A DNA stretch of 64,000 nt. Source: Haliotis rufescens (taxonomy: Eukaryota). Both the position numbers and the translations under genes were made by a program. Shown in pieces: positions 1 through 11,530 of the stretch. Every line of letters starts with the position of its first letter. Position 1 is the first letter of the stretch. The stretch spans positions 6,200,001 through 6,264,000 of the forward strand of contig NW_025963791.1 in assembly GCF_023055435.1 (NCBI RefSeq). Direction: 5' to 3'. The notes under the pieces are model-generated. The model ran no database searches, was not told the DNA's origin, and saw nothing but the letters and a program-made list of their open reading frames with translations.

Positions 1-631
1 GTAGACCCTTCAAACTAATAGAATGTTCGACACGATAAGCACGCCCTGCACGAGCAGTGGCCGTGCGTCCGTGAAGTGTTTCACGCTATATGCCATTAGG
101 GTACATAGGCATAATTGTGGCAATGAAGAGGAATGCCAAATATGACAATGATTCTTCAACGAGCTCGTTAAACGAAAACGATGTACAAAGATCACGTTGG
201 TTCGGTTGAAATGCCTTTCGGTGGCTCAATATATGATAAGATTTGTTTGTGTTTTTCAATGTTTTTGAATTTATGGTAAATGGATTGGTGAATCGTGACG
301 TTGGTTCTTAAGTATTATCATTGATTACTCATAGGGCATTTTTCATATGTTGGTGTTCTACCTTGTTCATACGTGTATTTGAGATGCGGTAAAGAAGTGA
401 AGGCCTTTTCGACCTCACTTCGAATGTTTTCAATTAATTTTTTTTTTTAAAAACTTGTCTTGTTTGTTTTTTTGCCAATTGAAACTTCTAGCATTATTAA
501 ACGATCTTCTATAAAATAACATTCCCCAGCAGAACATACCCAATTTTATTAGATATGCAATTTTCGAAAACAATTACTTGGCATTTGAATAGATCGTGTA
601 TGTTTATTTGTTATAGATAATCAGTTATATA

Positions 632-798
632 GTGAGTGAGTGAGTATGGTTTTACGCCGCTTTTAGCAATATTCCAGCAATATCACGGCGGGGGTCACCA
701 GAAATGGGCTTCACACATTGTACCCATGTCGGGAACCGAACCCGGGTCTTCAGCGTGACGAGCGAACGCTTTAACCACTAGGCTACCCGACCGCCACC
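632..798 (-). mobile_element. SINE family A (tRNA-Asp-like head, (TCAC)n tail), full length
   Basis: A box TAGCCTAGTGG, B-box-like GGTTCGGTTCC, GTC anticodon remnant; 13-bp TSD aatcagttatata (619-631, 799-811). Confidence 0.9.
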
Positions 799-1659
799 AA
801 TCAGTTATATAATACCTATAAGGGATCATATGAGATACGGAGTCATTAGGACTTTCAACACGATCAGTAAATTACACATGTGGTGATAACAAACCTGCGC
901 CAGTGTTTGAAAAGTGCCATGGAAACACTAATTAACACAATTAAGCATAAACCGTAGAAATAACAACTGGCTGTTGACAAAGCCTTTCTGCTTTACCAAC
1001 GTGTTAATATAGAGATGAACGATGCTCTCCTGGTGCTATATTCCCTGGACTGGTTAGGTAGGTTGGACGCGGCTCCGGTAGCGGAAGAGCTGCATGCTAA
1101 TGCTGGTGTTTTAGCAAACCAGCTGCGACGTTAATCATTCATAGAGGAACGGAACAATGAAGGACCTGGTACACTGGTGCATCACGCACGTATTGAGAGA
1201 CGGAAGGAAACGGACAACTGTCAGGGGATTTGAGAAATTGGAAAAACAGGAAATCGAAGAGGGACATCAAAAGTAAAAGTTAACTGGAGTCATTTATAGA
1301 TTGAACCATCAATAATGTATAGTCGATTTAAAGAAATCTTGTTCATATTTTTTCATTCTTGTTTTTTTTTAAGTTATGAAAGAATGTATTGGAGTAATGT
1401 TTTGAAATCATTTTTGGGAAGGTTTCGTAACATTGATCCATAAATAAACGGCTTATGTGTGATGTATTAATCTTTTCCAGACATAATTCTATATCTTCTT
1501 ATGGAGACCTAGCTCGCCTCACTGGCCGAAGCGAGTGTCTTAGCCTGTTATCGACCGCTAATATCAGTGGAGATGGTCCCCTAGAAATATCCACCTTTTC
1601 CATTACGACGACAAGCAAGTCTTAAACCTTTGCTTACAAGCCCTTGTGCTCATAAATGC

Positions 1660-1974
1660 GTCCTGATTGGATGTCCGTCTGAATACAGTGTAATTGATTG
1701 GCTATATTTTCTCTGTTTTAGCGCTAGTGGTCAACGCTCGTGACGAAGTGTTCTCGCTGTCAGCCACGTGACCATACAACGTCGCCGTGCGCTGCCGCCA
1801 ATTAGAGCAGGATACTGCTCGCTGACAGTAGTCGCGCATTCGTCACGTAATCGAAAGTAGAGTCACAAGTCTCTGGTGGTAACTTGTGCCAAGTTCCAGG
1901 TGTGTCAGCCCGCCTGTCAGTGTGGCTGATCGGCGTGATGCATTGTGGGCCTGGTTCAGACAGGGGCCCCGAGG
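1660..1974 (+). promoter_or_regulatory. CpG-richer region upstream of the start codon (proximal promoter or 5' UTR)
   Basis: ATTGG/CCAAT boxes near 1666, 1697 and 1798, CACGTG near 1765, locally high CpG. A strong acceptor-like ttttctctgttttag ends at 1721, so this may instead be an internal UTR exon. Confidence 0.35.
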
Positions 1975-2352
1975 ATGTGTTGTTTCGCGACTGCTTGTTT
2001 GGGAGTAGTGTTGTTCACCTGCGTCTTCGTGGCACCGTTGGTCTCAGCAGTGACAAACATAACCATTGGATACCTTACAACTTCCAAAGCGGACACATTT
2101 GTCCGAAACATGCAGGGTCGACTTATTTCTGGTGCCATTACTTATGCTATCAAAAAGATCAATGAAGAGAATATGGTACCTGGGTACCGGTTCAAACTCG
2201 TATGGAACGATACCCACGCTGATACCCTGGTATCCCTGAAAAGTCTGGCCGAGCAGTGGAAGGCCGGGGCGGTAGTCTTCTTTGGACCCGAGGATAGCTG
2301 TACCGTGGAGGCTCGTCTCGCTGCGGCTTTTAATCTTCCCATCATATCTTAT
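1975..2352 (+). CDS. Receptor-type guanylyl cyclase (Gyc32E/Gyc76C-like), first coding exon: signal peptide + start of ANF-receptor/periplasmic-binding-protein-like ectodomain
   Basis: ATG at 1975 (aggATG); hydrophobic leader MCCFATACLGVVLFTCVFVAPLVSA; motifs ISGAITYAIKKIN, WNDTHADTL, FFGPEDSCTVEARLAAAFNLPIISY typical of invertebrate rGC ectodomains; ends at TAT|gtaagt donor, phase 0 (126 codons). Confidence 0.9.
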
Positions 2353-2783
2353 GTAAGTATTTTAGTATTCTCACACATTTCGTCATCTGTTTAATCCTAG
2401 TTTATATTTATTTCATCGGAATGAAACGTTTATGACAGACCTTCAATTCAAGAACAGATATTTTAAACATTACTCAAACATTTGACTGGATTATATCACA
2501 AACGTGTAAGTCATACCTCAAACATGTAACTTGATTTTATCACAAACGTGTACATCAAACGTGTATATCAAACGATTCTAAATTATATAATAAACGCGTA
2601 AATCGTACCACAAACATGTGACGATTACAAATATGAAAATTATACTTTAAACATGAGATCACACACGTGTAAATCATATATAAAATATGTATCTAAATGA
2701 TATAACAACTCAAACAGGTATTTGACTGATATTACAAACAAGCAAATCATACATCAAGCATGATTTTAAATAATATAACATAG

Positions 2784-3142
2784 CAAACGTGTAAATCACA
2801 AATCAAACATGTATCAAAATGATATCACAAACGTGTAAATCACAAATCAAACATGTATCAAAATGATATCACAAACGTGTAAATCACAAATCAAACATGT
2901 ATCGAATTAATATCAGAAACGTGTAAATCACAAATCAAACATGTATCGAAATGATATCAGAAACGTGTTAATCACAAATCAAACATGTATCGAAATGATA
3001 TCAGAAACGTATAAATCACAAATCAAACACTTATCAAAATGATATCACAAACGCGTAAATCACAACTCAAAGATGTATCGAAATGATACCAGAAACGTGT
3101 AAATCACAACTCAAACATGTATCGAAATGATATCACAAACAG
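2784..3142. repeat. 44-bp minisatellite, about 8 copies (degenerate back to about 2474)
   Basis: caaacgtgtaaatcacaaatcaaacatgtatcaaaatgatatca at 2784, 2828, ... Confidence 0.9.
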
Positions 3143-3239
3143 GTTGATCATACCATACAAAATGCAACTTAATTCTATCACACAGAAAGTAAATTACAGA
3201 CATGAAACGGAATTATATCACAAAGTTCTGAGTCAAACC

Positions 3240-4232
3240 ACAGACATGTAACTGGATGATGTCATTAGCATATGTCATACAAGAAACATGTACCTGAATT
3301 GTCATTAACATTTGTCATACCAGAGACATGTACCTGAATTGTCATTAACATTTGTCATACCAGAGATGTGTACCTTAATTATGTCATTAACATGTGAGTC
3401 CTCCCACGGACATGTAACTGGATGATGTCATTAGCATATGTCATACAAGAAACATGTACCTGAATTGTCATTAACATTTGTCATACCAGAGGCATGTAGC
3501 TGAATTGTCATTAACATCAGTCATACCAGAGACATGTACCTTAATTATGTCATTAACATGTGAGTCCTCCCACGAACATGTTACTGAATTATATCATTAA
3601 CATATGTCATACCAGAGATATGTAGCTGAATTGTCATTAACATCTGTCATACCAGAGACATGTACCTTAATTATGTCATTAACAGGTGAGTCCTCCCAAA
3701 GACATGTATCTGAATTGTCATTAGCATGTGTCTTACCAGATATATGTACCTTAATTGTCAATTACATGTTCATACCAGAGACATGTACCTTATTTATGTC
3801 ATTAACGTGTCAGTCCTCCCACGGACATGTATCTGAATTGTCATTAGCATGTATCATACTAGAGATATGTAACTGAATTATGTCATTAACATATGCATCA
3901 TACCACATACATGTTTCGTTTGTTGTTGTTTAACGCCGCACTCAACACTATTCCAGCTATATGACGGCGGTCTGTAATTAATCGAGTCTGGACCAAACAA
4001 TCCAGTGATTGATATCATGAGTATCGATCCACGCAATTGGGGTACGATGACATGTATCAACCAACTCAGCGAGCCTGACCACCCGAATCCCTTAGTCGCC
4101 TCTTACGACATGTATGGTTTACTGATTTATTCTAACCCGGATCTTCACGTGTACCACAGACATGTAACTGAATTATGTCATTAACATGTGAATCATACCA
4201 CAGACAAGCAACTGAATTATGCCATTAACAAG
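3240..4232. repeat. 40-44-bp minisatellite interrupted by family B
   Basis: cataccagagacatgtacctgaattgtcattaacatttgt variants. Confidence 0.85.
3915..4151 (-). mobile_element. Family B short retroposon (structured non-tRNA head, (AAAC)n tail), single-hairpin type, inserted in a minisatellite
   Basis: Flanks taccaca(t/g)acatgt at 3901-3914 and 4152-4165; 5' end at cacgtgaagat. Confidence 0.85.
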
Positions 4233-4574
4233 AAACTCAATATGAAACATAGGGCTCTTATCAAAATTAAAGGAATCATTCCACAACAATCTCTCAAACA
4301 CAACTAATGTTATAAAACGTCATTGCGAGTGCCAGCGTCAAACTGATTATTGTCAGCTGCCAGTCAATAAATAAAGGAGGGTGATGAAAGCAAATAACTT
4401 GTCGACCTTGAGAGACTGTTCTGGGTAGATGTTGTGCTACGTTGCCCTTAACCTTTGAACAAACGCATTCAGCAGTAAGGAGACGAGATGAAGCGTCAAA
4501 TAGCTTTGAATTGACCCATGTTATGTAAAAGTATATTTGTACTTGGGTATCAGAGAATCCGCGGTTTGATAGAA

Positions 4575-4990
4575 ATAATTTGACTTCAACTGTCCATGAA
4601 TGAACTTCCCCTTAATGTCGAGCAATATTCTTGCAGCTCCAGCCTTTGGCATTTACATTTCACAACTTTTCAGATTCAATCGAGCGAGCTCTTTCTGCCT
4701 AGATATCAAAGAGCGTTAGATTCTTGCTCAGAAGCTGTTTGATCAAGGTTACATTCAATGCCTCAGTAATATGTGATAGACACGGGGAGGATATTTCCAA
4801 ATATGACACATTAGTGACAAAAATTATGTCCGATGGAATTCCCAGGTTTTACTTGTACCATTTGTTCTCGTGTTTGTCAGGTTTACTATTGACTTCCCTA
4901 TACCCGATATCATCACTATTTGATAGTGATTCATGAACACATGCTCATGATATAGATGGAATCGTACAAGCGACTGTTAATAAATAATAT
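4575..4990 (+). mobile_element. Naiad-like PLE 3' fragment
   Basis: NFPLMSSNILAAPAFGIYISQLFRFNRASS...LAQKLFDQGY plus 3' UTR shared with 45780-46250. Confidence 0.75.
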
Positions 4991-6199
4991 TGCCAAAGGT
5001 TTAACAAAACCAAAAAGTACCAACTGGATCTTCTGAATGTCTTGCGTATGTGCCAGTGGGTGACATAATATCCTAGTTTTTGCTCCCCAAACTGTAATAC
5101 ATACACCGCAAAACACCTACCCTGTGACCAAAACCGGGTGATTACTAGATACAGTTCCGATCAATCCATAAACACATTCATGGTTAATCTGCATGCATAT
5201 AACTTAATCATATCAGGACAAAAACAATTTTGAACCTTCCCGAAAAATGCGCTTTTTAAAACAAAGAATAGTTAGTTCAGAGGAATGTACACTGTAATAC
5301 CGTAATGTCTTGAAAATTGGCTGTTTCCAGGAAGTAATGTCATACCGCGTAATTTACCGTACTGATAGAACGTACGCTGTATGTGGTTAGTAAACGCATC
5401 ATAACATTGCACATGTGTGTCGGATATGCAAGAGAGAAAATACATGACACTCTTGTCTTCACCCTCCAGGTCGCCCTGTTACTGAGATTAAAGACATCTG
5501 GTATAGACAATATACACACGTAGTTGCCAGTACAAATTACAGTAATACATAATCTGCTATTCAAAACAAACGCCCCATCAATCGCAACCGGGGCGCGAAT
5601 AATTCTCCTCCCAGCCGTCATCGTCTTCCTCCCCATCATCACACAGTGACTGAAATTATAGCCATCTAGCGAATATTACACACGCATACTTACAAATAGA
5701 ATCGAATTGCCCGCTATCAAAAATAGTAACTAATACATAAACTACTGTTCAAAACAAACGTCCCATCGATCGCGACCGGGGCGCGAATGATTCGCGATCG
5801 ATTCGTGATCGATGAGACGTTAGTGTGTGTCTTCATTTCCCTCATCACACAGTGACTGAGATTAGAGACATCAAGCAAAAATTATGCACGCGTACCTACG
5901 AATAGAATCGAATTACCGAAATGATGTCAAAATAATATAACCAATATGCACCACTGTTCAAAACAATTCGCGTCCCGGTTGCGATCAACGGGACTTTTGT
6001 TTTTAATAACACGGTATATGCTTAAGAAGCAGTTGCGTTGATATTGATAATAATGAGTAACTACCTGGAACTGCTTTGTCATGGTACCTGTATTTATATG
6101 TACACTGCCAGGCAAAGGAAAGAATACGCTTGAAAATTTGAAACAATCGTTTTTCAAACCTTTGATACCCGTAGCGAACCATTTCTTTCTTCTTCTTTT

Positions 6200-6230
<31 letters not shown>

Positions 6231-7454
6231 GTGTTATTGGCCACGACCAATGTTGGGTGTATGCTTTCTTTGCTTAATTCACAAAGGTATTACTATTTTG
6301 TACAGATGAATACAACTAAATTAAAATGTACATATCTTACTTTCATATTCCTCAAGACAATCGGTGGGCTGGATAGGCCTGTTGTCTGAGCAGAATTGCA
6401 CCCCTCAGTCGCCCCAGGATACACTGATCGTAGTTTCGAATCCAAGATTCGTATTTATAATGATCCTTGATTTGTGAACCCTGATGTGTCAAGTAGTAAT
6501 GTCTACGGCCTGTGTTTATTTTGGGCGTTACAACTTGTTCACTATTATCCATCACTAGCTATGCGGATACGACGCGCAATGTGCCTCGTCTACTTGAATT
6601 CGATTTATTCGGTTTATACGATGTTATCGGGGTTAGGTCCAGGAAGTGTTCTGATCGACACAAGGATCTTATAGCGGCGCTGCGCTCAAACATCACGTAC
6701 CTCGATATAATGGTCTACTGGATTTCAGTTTAACGAGTTTACACTGTACGGACTGTATTGCCCTGACACGTGAATGCACTCATTCCCAGTTACACATCCA
6801 CATGTTAATATTCTAAACGAGTAGTTATAATGCAATAAACGCAGAAAAAAATAACATTTTATCAAATATGTCACTGAATTTGAAATGTACTAATATGTAT
6901 AAGTTGTAACATCTGCACTACAATAATGTTTCTACATCATTGGGAATTATGGTCCTATTTATTTAGTATATAAAAAACGAAACAAAGGATGCATTTGTCG
7001 AGATATACGATTATGTAATTTTAAAAAAACGAAAATATATTAGGAACAACATCTGGCTGGCAATGCTTTATATAACATTTTTGTGAAATTTGATATTCAT
7101 TTTTTTCATCTACGATCAATATACGTGAAGAGACCGTACAACACTAACTGCTGACAGCAGTATATGGCAAATCGCATACGGCACAGGGCGATGAAGTAAT
7201 AAGCGTAAAGTCCAATTTGCGTGATTTTGTGTTAGCATGAGGCACGAATAGCCACGTGGTATAAAGCGTTTAAAGTCCATGTGAATAGTTATATCCCTTA
7301 GCTGTATCAGGATTCGCTGTTACCGGGTTAGAATTCTAGGTTTGCCCAAAATATGGTCGTTTGTTTGTCATTACCACGAGCTCGGTGGCGATATGGTAAA
7401 CGTTTGTATCCTTTCTCATTTTGTGCGTTCCGTTCACAACACATGAATAAGCGT

Positions 7455-7674
7455 GTGAGTGATTTGGGTTCAACGCCACTTTCAACATTATTCCATTTAT
7501 ATAACTGCCTGTCAACTTCATCTGTGAGGAAATTGATTCAGGTCTTAGACGTTTACCACTTTGGTGAAACCCACGAGCACGGATATGGTGCTGACAAACC
7601 TAGAAACATAATCGCGGTCAACCGGGAGTCGAACTCACGATCATTGGTTTCTGTCGTTTCTTAGGTACGCAACT
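7455..7674 (-). mobile_element. SINE family D, 3' part
   Basis: ggtgaaacccacgagcacgg..tggtgctgacaaacctagaaacataatc matches the reverse complement of the 61921 copy. Confidence 0.75.
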
Positions 7675-8022
7675 GACCGCCTCCGTGGTCGAGTGGTAGA
7701 CCGTCCGCCCGGAGAGCGGAAGGTCCGGGGTTCGATCCCCGGCCGTGTCACACCAAAATACGTTAAAAGATGGTACTTGTTGTTACCCTGCCTTGCGTTC
7801 GACATTAAGGGGCTAAAACAAGGACTGGTCGGCTTGGAAGCACACTGAGTCTGAGTGTGACAAAAAACTGCGGCATGGTATCTCAGATGGCTAGCACTGT
7901 GAAATCGGCATTGGTCCGGACTTCACACACACACTAACACACACACATACACGTACGTGTGCAAACACGTCGCTATAAGAGCGATCATCTTGGACGCGAC
8001 GTTGAACCCCATTTCACCTCAC
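7675..8022 (+). mobile_element. SINE family C (tRNA head, Meta-like central domain, (CA)n, CACCT tail)
   Basis: A box TGGTCGAGTGG, B box GGTTCGATCCC, then gtcacaccaaaatacgttaaaagatggtacttg resembling the MetaSINE domain; abuts or interrupts a family D copy. Confidence 0.85.
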
Positions 8023-8362
8023 TTAGAGACGCTGATCAAGACGGGATGCAACACAACTGAGTCACCTTACGTCCAGCGCATTTTATTTCGGTATGAACCA
8101 CCCAGGTGAAAACAACTCATGACGCTCCACATAGGGGCACTTATACGTTTTGAAAGATATATTAGACTGTTTCTTCAGAGTGAGTGAGTTGAGTTTAAGC
8201 TCAGTGTTAGTTTTGGCCTCTTGCAAGGTATGCTGGTCGTAAGACCAGTTGAATCGGGTTGTCAGGCTCGGTGACTTGGTTGATGGTGTTTCATCGTTAT
8301 ATGGCATAAACTGTTTAGCATTTGAAGGCCTAAGGGATACTAACAAATGTCATACCATTACA

Positions 8363-8524
8363 GTGAGTGAGTATGGTTTAACGCCGTTTTTAGCAATATT
8401 CCAGCAATATCACGGCGGGGGACACCAGAAATGGGCTTCACACATAGTGCCCATGTCGGGAATCGAACCCGGGTCTTCGGCGTGACGAGCGAACGCTTTA
8501 ACCACTAGGCTACCAAGCCGCCTC
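8363..8524 (-). mobile_element. SINE family A, full length
   Basis: 12-bp TSD cataccattaca (8351-8362, 8525-8536). Confidence 0.9.
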
Positions 8525-8580
8525 CATACCATTACATATTTATACATATCACAAAGAATCAGCTCGATGTGTCATGAAGC

Positions 8581-8676
8581 AGGTCGGGTAGCCTAGTGGT
8601 TAAAGCGTTGGCTCGTCACACCGCCCTGATATTGCTGGAATATTGCTAAAAATCGTCTAAAGCCCCACTCACATTC
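8581..8676 (+). mobile_element. SINE family A, internally deleted
   Basis: A-box head joined directly to tail; tgtgtcatg on both flanks. Confidence 0.75.
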
Positions 8677-9179
8677 TGTGTCATGGAATACCATCCTGTC
8701 ATGGTAGTGCTGTATAGGCCTGGTTCCTGTTGCAAGGGTTCCCCTAGATCTCGTTACTGTCGTTCCATCTAACGACGTAGAAACCTGTCATGGAATTCTT
8801 CTGTCCCGTTTAAACATGTGATAACCTTTCACTTGTCTGCAGCTTTCACTCTCAAGTCCTTAAAAAAGTTGTGTCATCACTTCCTGTTTTCCTGGCCTAT
8901 TGTGTCTGCCATCCAACCACCGCACCACTGACTTCGTTACATAACACTGTTACGATCAGTCAACATCTCTCGTTGTTGAATTGCATAAGGTATTTACAGG
9001 GAATATATGCACCTGGAAAATAACTAAGCACCTCTAATTTTAAAAATCGTATGAAACGCATTTGTTTTTGTTTACAATGAATGAATGAATGAATGAATGA
9101 ATGGCATGTTTTGTAGCCGTTCCATGGCAATGTTCTTCGACTTCCTCTTTAATTCTCTTCTCGCGTGATATAAACAAGT

Positions 9180-9415
9180 CCTTGCGACCATGTGCCACAA
9201 GTGGTGTCTCCTTGGGCAAGTGACTCTGTTCACCCAGCATTAAATGGGTACCCCGTAGAATAAGATAGTAATGTGACTGTTAAACCGTCTAGCACCTCAA
9301 ATGAAGTTGTATACTCCTCGGGAAGCTGAGAATGAAAATCGATCCATTGACCGGGTCAATAATAATGCAGCGCTTCGAGCTTACATTGCGTGTAGTTATG
9401 CGCTTTATTATTATT
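9180..9415 (+). mobile_element. Old CORE-like SINE fragment (family E)
   Basis: ccttgggcaag...cacccagcattaaatgggtacc (CORE-like) and agcgcttcgag...gcgctttat (L2-type tail); related copy at 34780-35030. Confidence 0.55.
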
Positions 9416-9514
9416 ATACAGATTAGAATAAATAAATGCAGCAAAGAGGGTTTGGGTGGTCCTGGCACAGTCAGGCTGGTTAGGTTCATCTTCAGCTCAG
9501 GGCCTTTGCCCCTT

Positions 9515-9842
9515 CTACACGCAGCCCAGACAACCAATGGGACTTCTCCCAGGAAGCGCTGACAAATCGAATCCACTGAAAACTTTTCGGAGAATGTGAA
9601 GACTCCCCAACACTGAAGCCTTCTGCATTACCCAGGTTGTCAGAAGGGCTTTATTCTTGGCAGCAAATCCGGGTATTCTCCCAATGTCAGTCAACAGATT
9701 GGGAGGTACCAAACCTAAGGCACCGAGAACAATGGGGAGTCGGACAACTTGGTAATTTGGATGCAAGCGTGACATTTCGAAAGCGAGGTCCACATATTTG
9801 CCATGTTTTTCCTGAATCTTGTCAATGACATTGGTGTCAAAA
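9515..9842 (-). mobile_element. 3' end of a restriction-like-endonuclease (R2/R4/NeSL-group) non-LTR retrotransposon
   Basis: FDTNVIDKIQEKHGKYVDLAFEMSRL...PIVLGALG...MQKASVLGSLHILRK (KxxKY..L and GALG motifs). Confidence 0.75.
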
Positions 9843-10809
9843 ATGGAGGAGTGGAGCTTTATAACTTTATTCCAGTTTTATGATCCAAGGTCAACAGTGT
9901 GGTTTAGAACATAGCCCCTTCAACTCAAAACGCAATGGATGTCAACATTAAAGTGTTTATGGACTTGTATGGACATGGCCTGTGCTCATGGTTTACATAA
10001 ATATCGGTTTTGTGTTGAGCTGTAATTTTACTTTATACCACATGTAACTCCTTCAGGCTCCCACTCTCTGTCTGGCCGCTTAATATGAAATTGGCTCCAT
10101 TTTGTTGGCGTCGTCGGAGGAGAGACACAATCGGTTTCAGTCGTGATCGCAGCCGTGGGGTAACTGTACGTTGACTCGGTGCCACAGAATATAGATTATC
10201 AAATATTGATATCAATCATTCTGTTTTTATTAATAAAACATAAGTTTAATAAACATGGTCATACTTGACTTCCTTGTCGTCCCACCCTTTGTCAACGTAT
10301 TAATTGATTTCTCTGTGGTATGTTGAATTGATGTTTCAGCACAAATGGAAAATAATGATAATGCTCTAAGGATGAATTCACGAGATCAAAGTAGTTCTTC
10401 ATCATTACCCACAAAGACACCCGTGTCAATACATGTTGGGTGTATATAGGGATACGAGATAATAAATTGTGTCTGGTCCACTAGAGTGCTTGTTTATGAA
10501 AAAAACATGTTATTAGTTTGTAATAGCCAAATATTATAATAATCCATCCGAAGTGTAAAGATATCTGAATCTGATATTCTGTTTTATGTAGTTTTAATAT
10601 AGACTCACCGTCAGCAGAAACGCGAATTATAGACACAGATAGAAATACGTACGTTAATAAGAGATGTTCCATTGTGTACCACTTAATGACAAAACTAACA
10701 ATCAGTCAAGTGTTACCACAGAGTCATTATTCGTGTCACGATATCCTGCACGTGATTTCAAAACTTCACACGCTAATCCTGCACGAGACAAATTATGCAT
10801 GTCGAGTCA

Positions 10810-11530
10810 TGTGTATCCTGCCCCATCGATGGCACTTGTCACAAACACATGCAAAGTCAATTGTTTCCTGAAAGAAAACACGGGAACAAGTCAAAATAGG
10901 GAATTGCATCATTTTTGCCACTGATGTGTCAGATTGGGAAATGTCCTCCACATGTCCAACATAAAACCTTCTGAAAGCTTCACTGAGGCCTTGAATGATG
11001 TAGACCGCCTCCGTGGTCTAGTGGTAGAGCGTCCGCCCGGAGAGCGGAAGGTCCGGGGTTCGATCCCGACCGCGTCATACCAAAAGACGTTAAAAGATGG
11101 TACTTGTTGTTACTTTGTCTGTTGCTCGGCATTAAGGGGATAAAACAAGGACTGGTCGGCTCGGAGTCAGTATACTGTGTCTGAGTGGGGTATTCATGTT
11201 AAACCGCGGCATGGTATCTCAGTGAGCTAGCACTATAAATCGGCATCAGTCCGGACTAGTACAAGCAGCCACAGACACACACACACGTGCATGCACGTCG
11301 CTATATAAGTGCAATAATCTTGGACGCGACGTTAAACCCCATTTCACCTCACCACCTCACCACCTCACCACCTCACCTTGAATGATGTAACCGTGTCCAA
11401 ACAACTTTTGAGGAAGAATCGTATGACGCGCTTTGAAATCGTGCTAGAAAGAGCACGCTCGACTGCATCTCAAATGTTAAAATGAAATGTAGACACCACG
11501 GGATGGAGCTATTTACTATTTACATGATCT
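10810..11530 (-). mobile_element. Naiad-like PLE 3' fragment split by SINE C
   Basis: Reverse complement of the RT thumb/3' UTR sequence. Confidence 0.7.
11003..11375 (+). mobile_element. SINE family C, full length, inserted in Naiad-like remnant
   Basis: 14-bp TSD ccttgaatgatgta (10989-11002, 11376-11389). Confidence 0.9.

Noticed and set aside
1945-1974. GTG start of ORF 1945-2394 and read-through to 2394
   Set aside because: ATG 1975 gives a proper signal peptide, and the gtaagt donor at 2353 marks the true exon end
6195-6232. Long T and G homopolymers (also 24880-24901) as G-quadruplex elements
   Set aside because: Simple homopolymers of uncertain assembled length; no functional evidence
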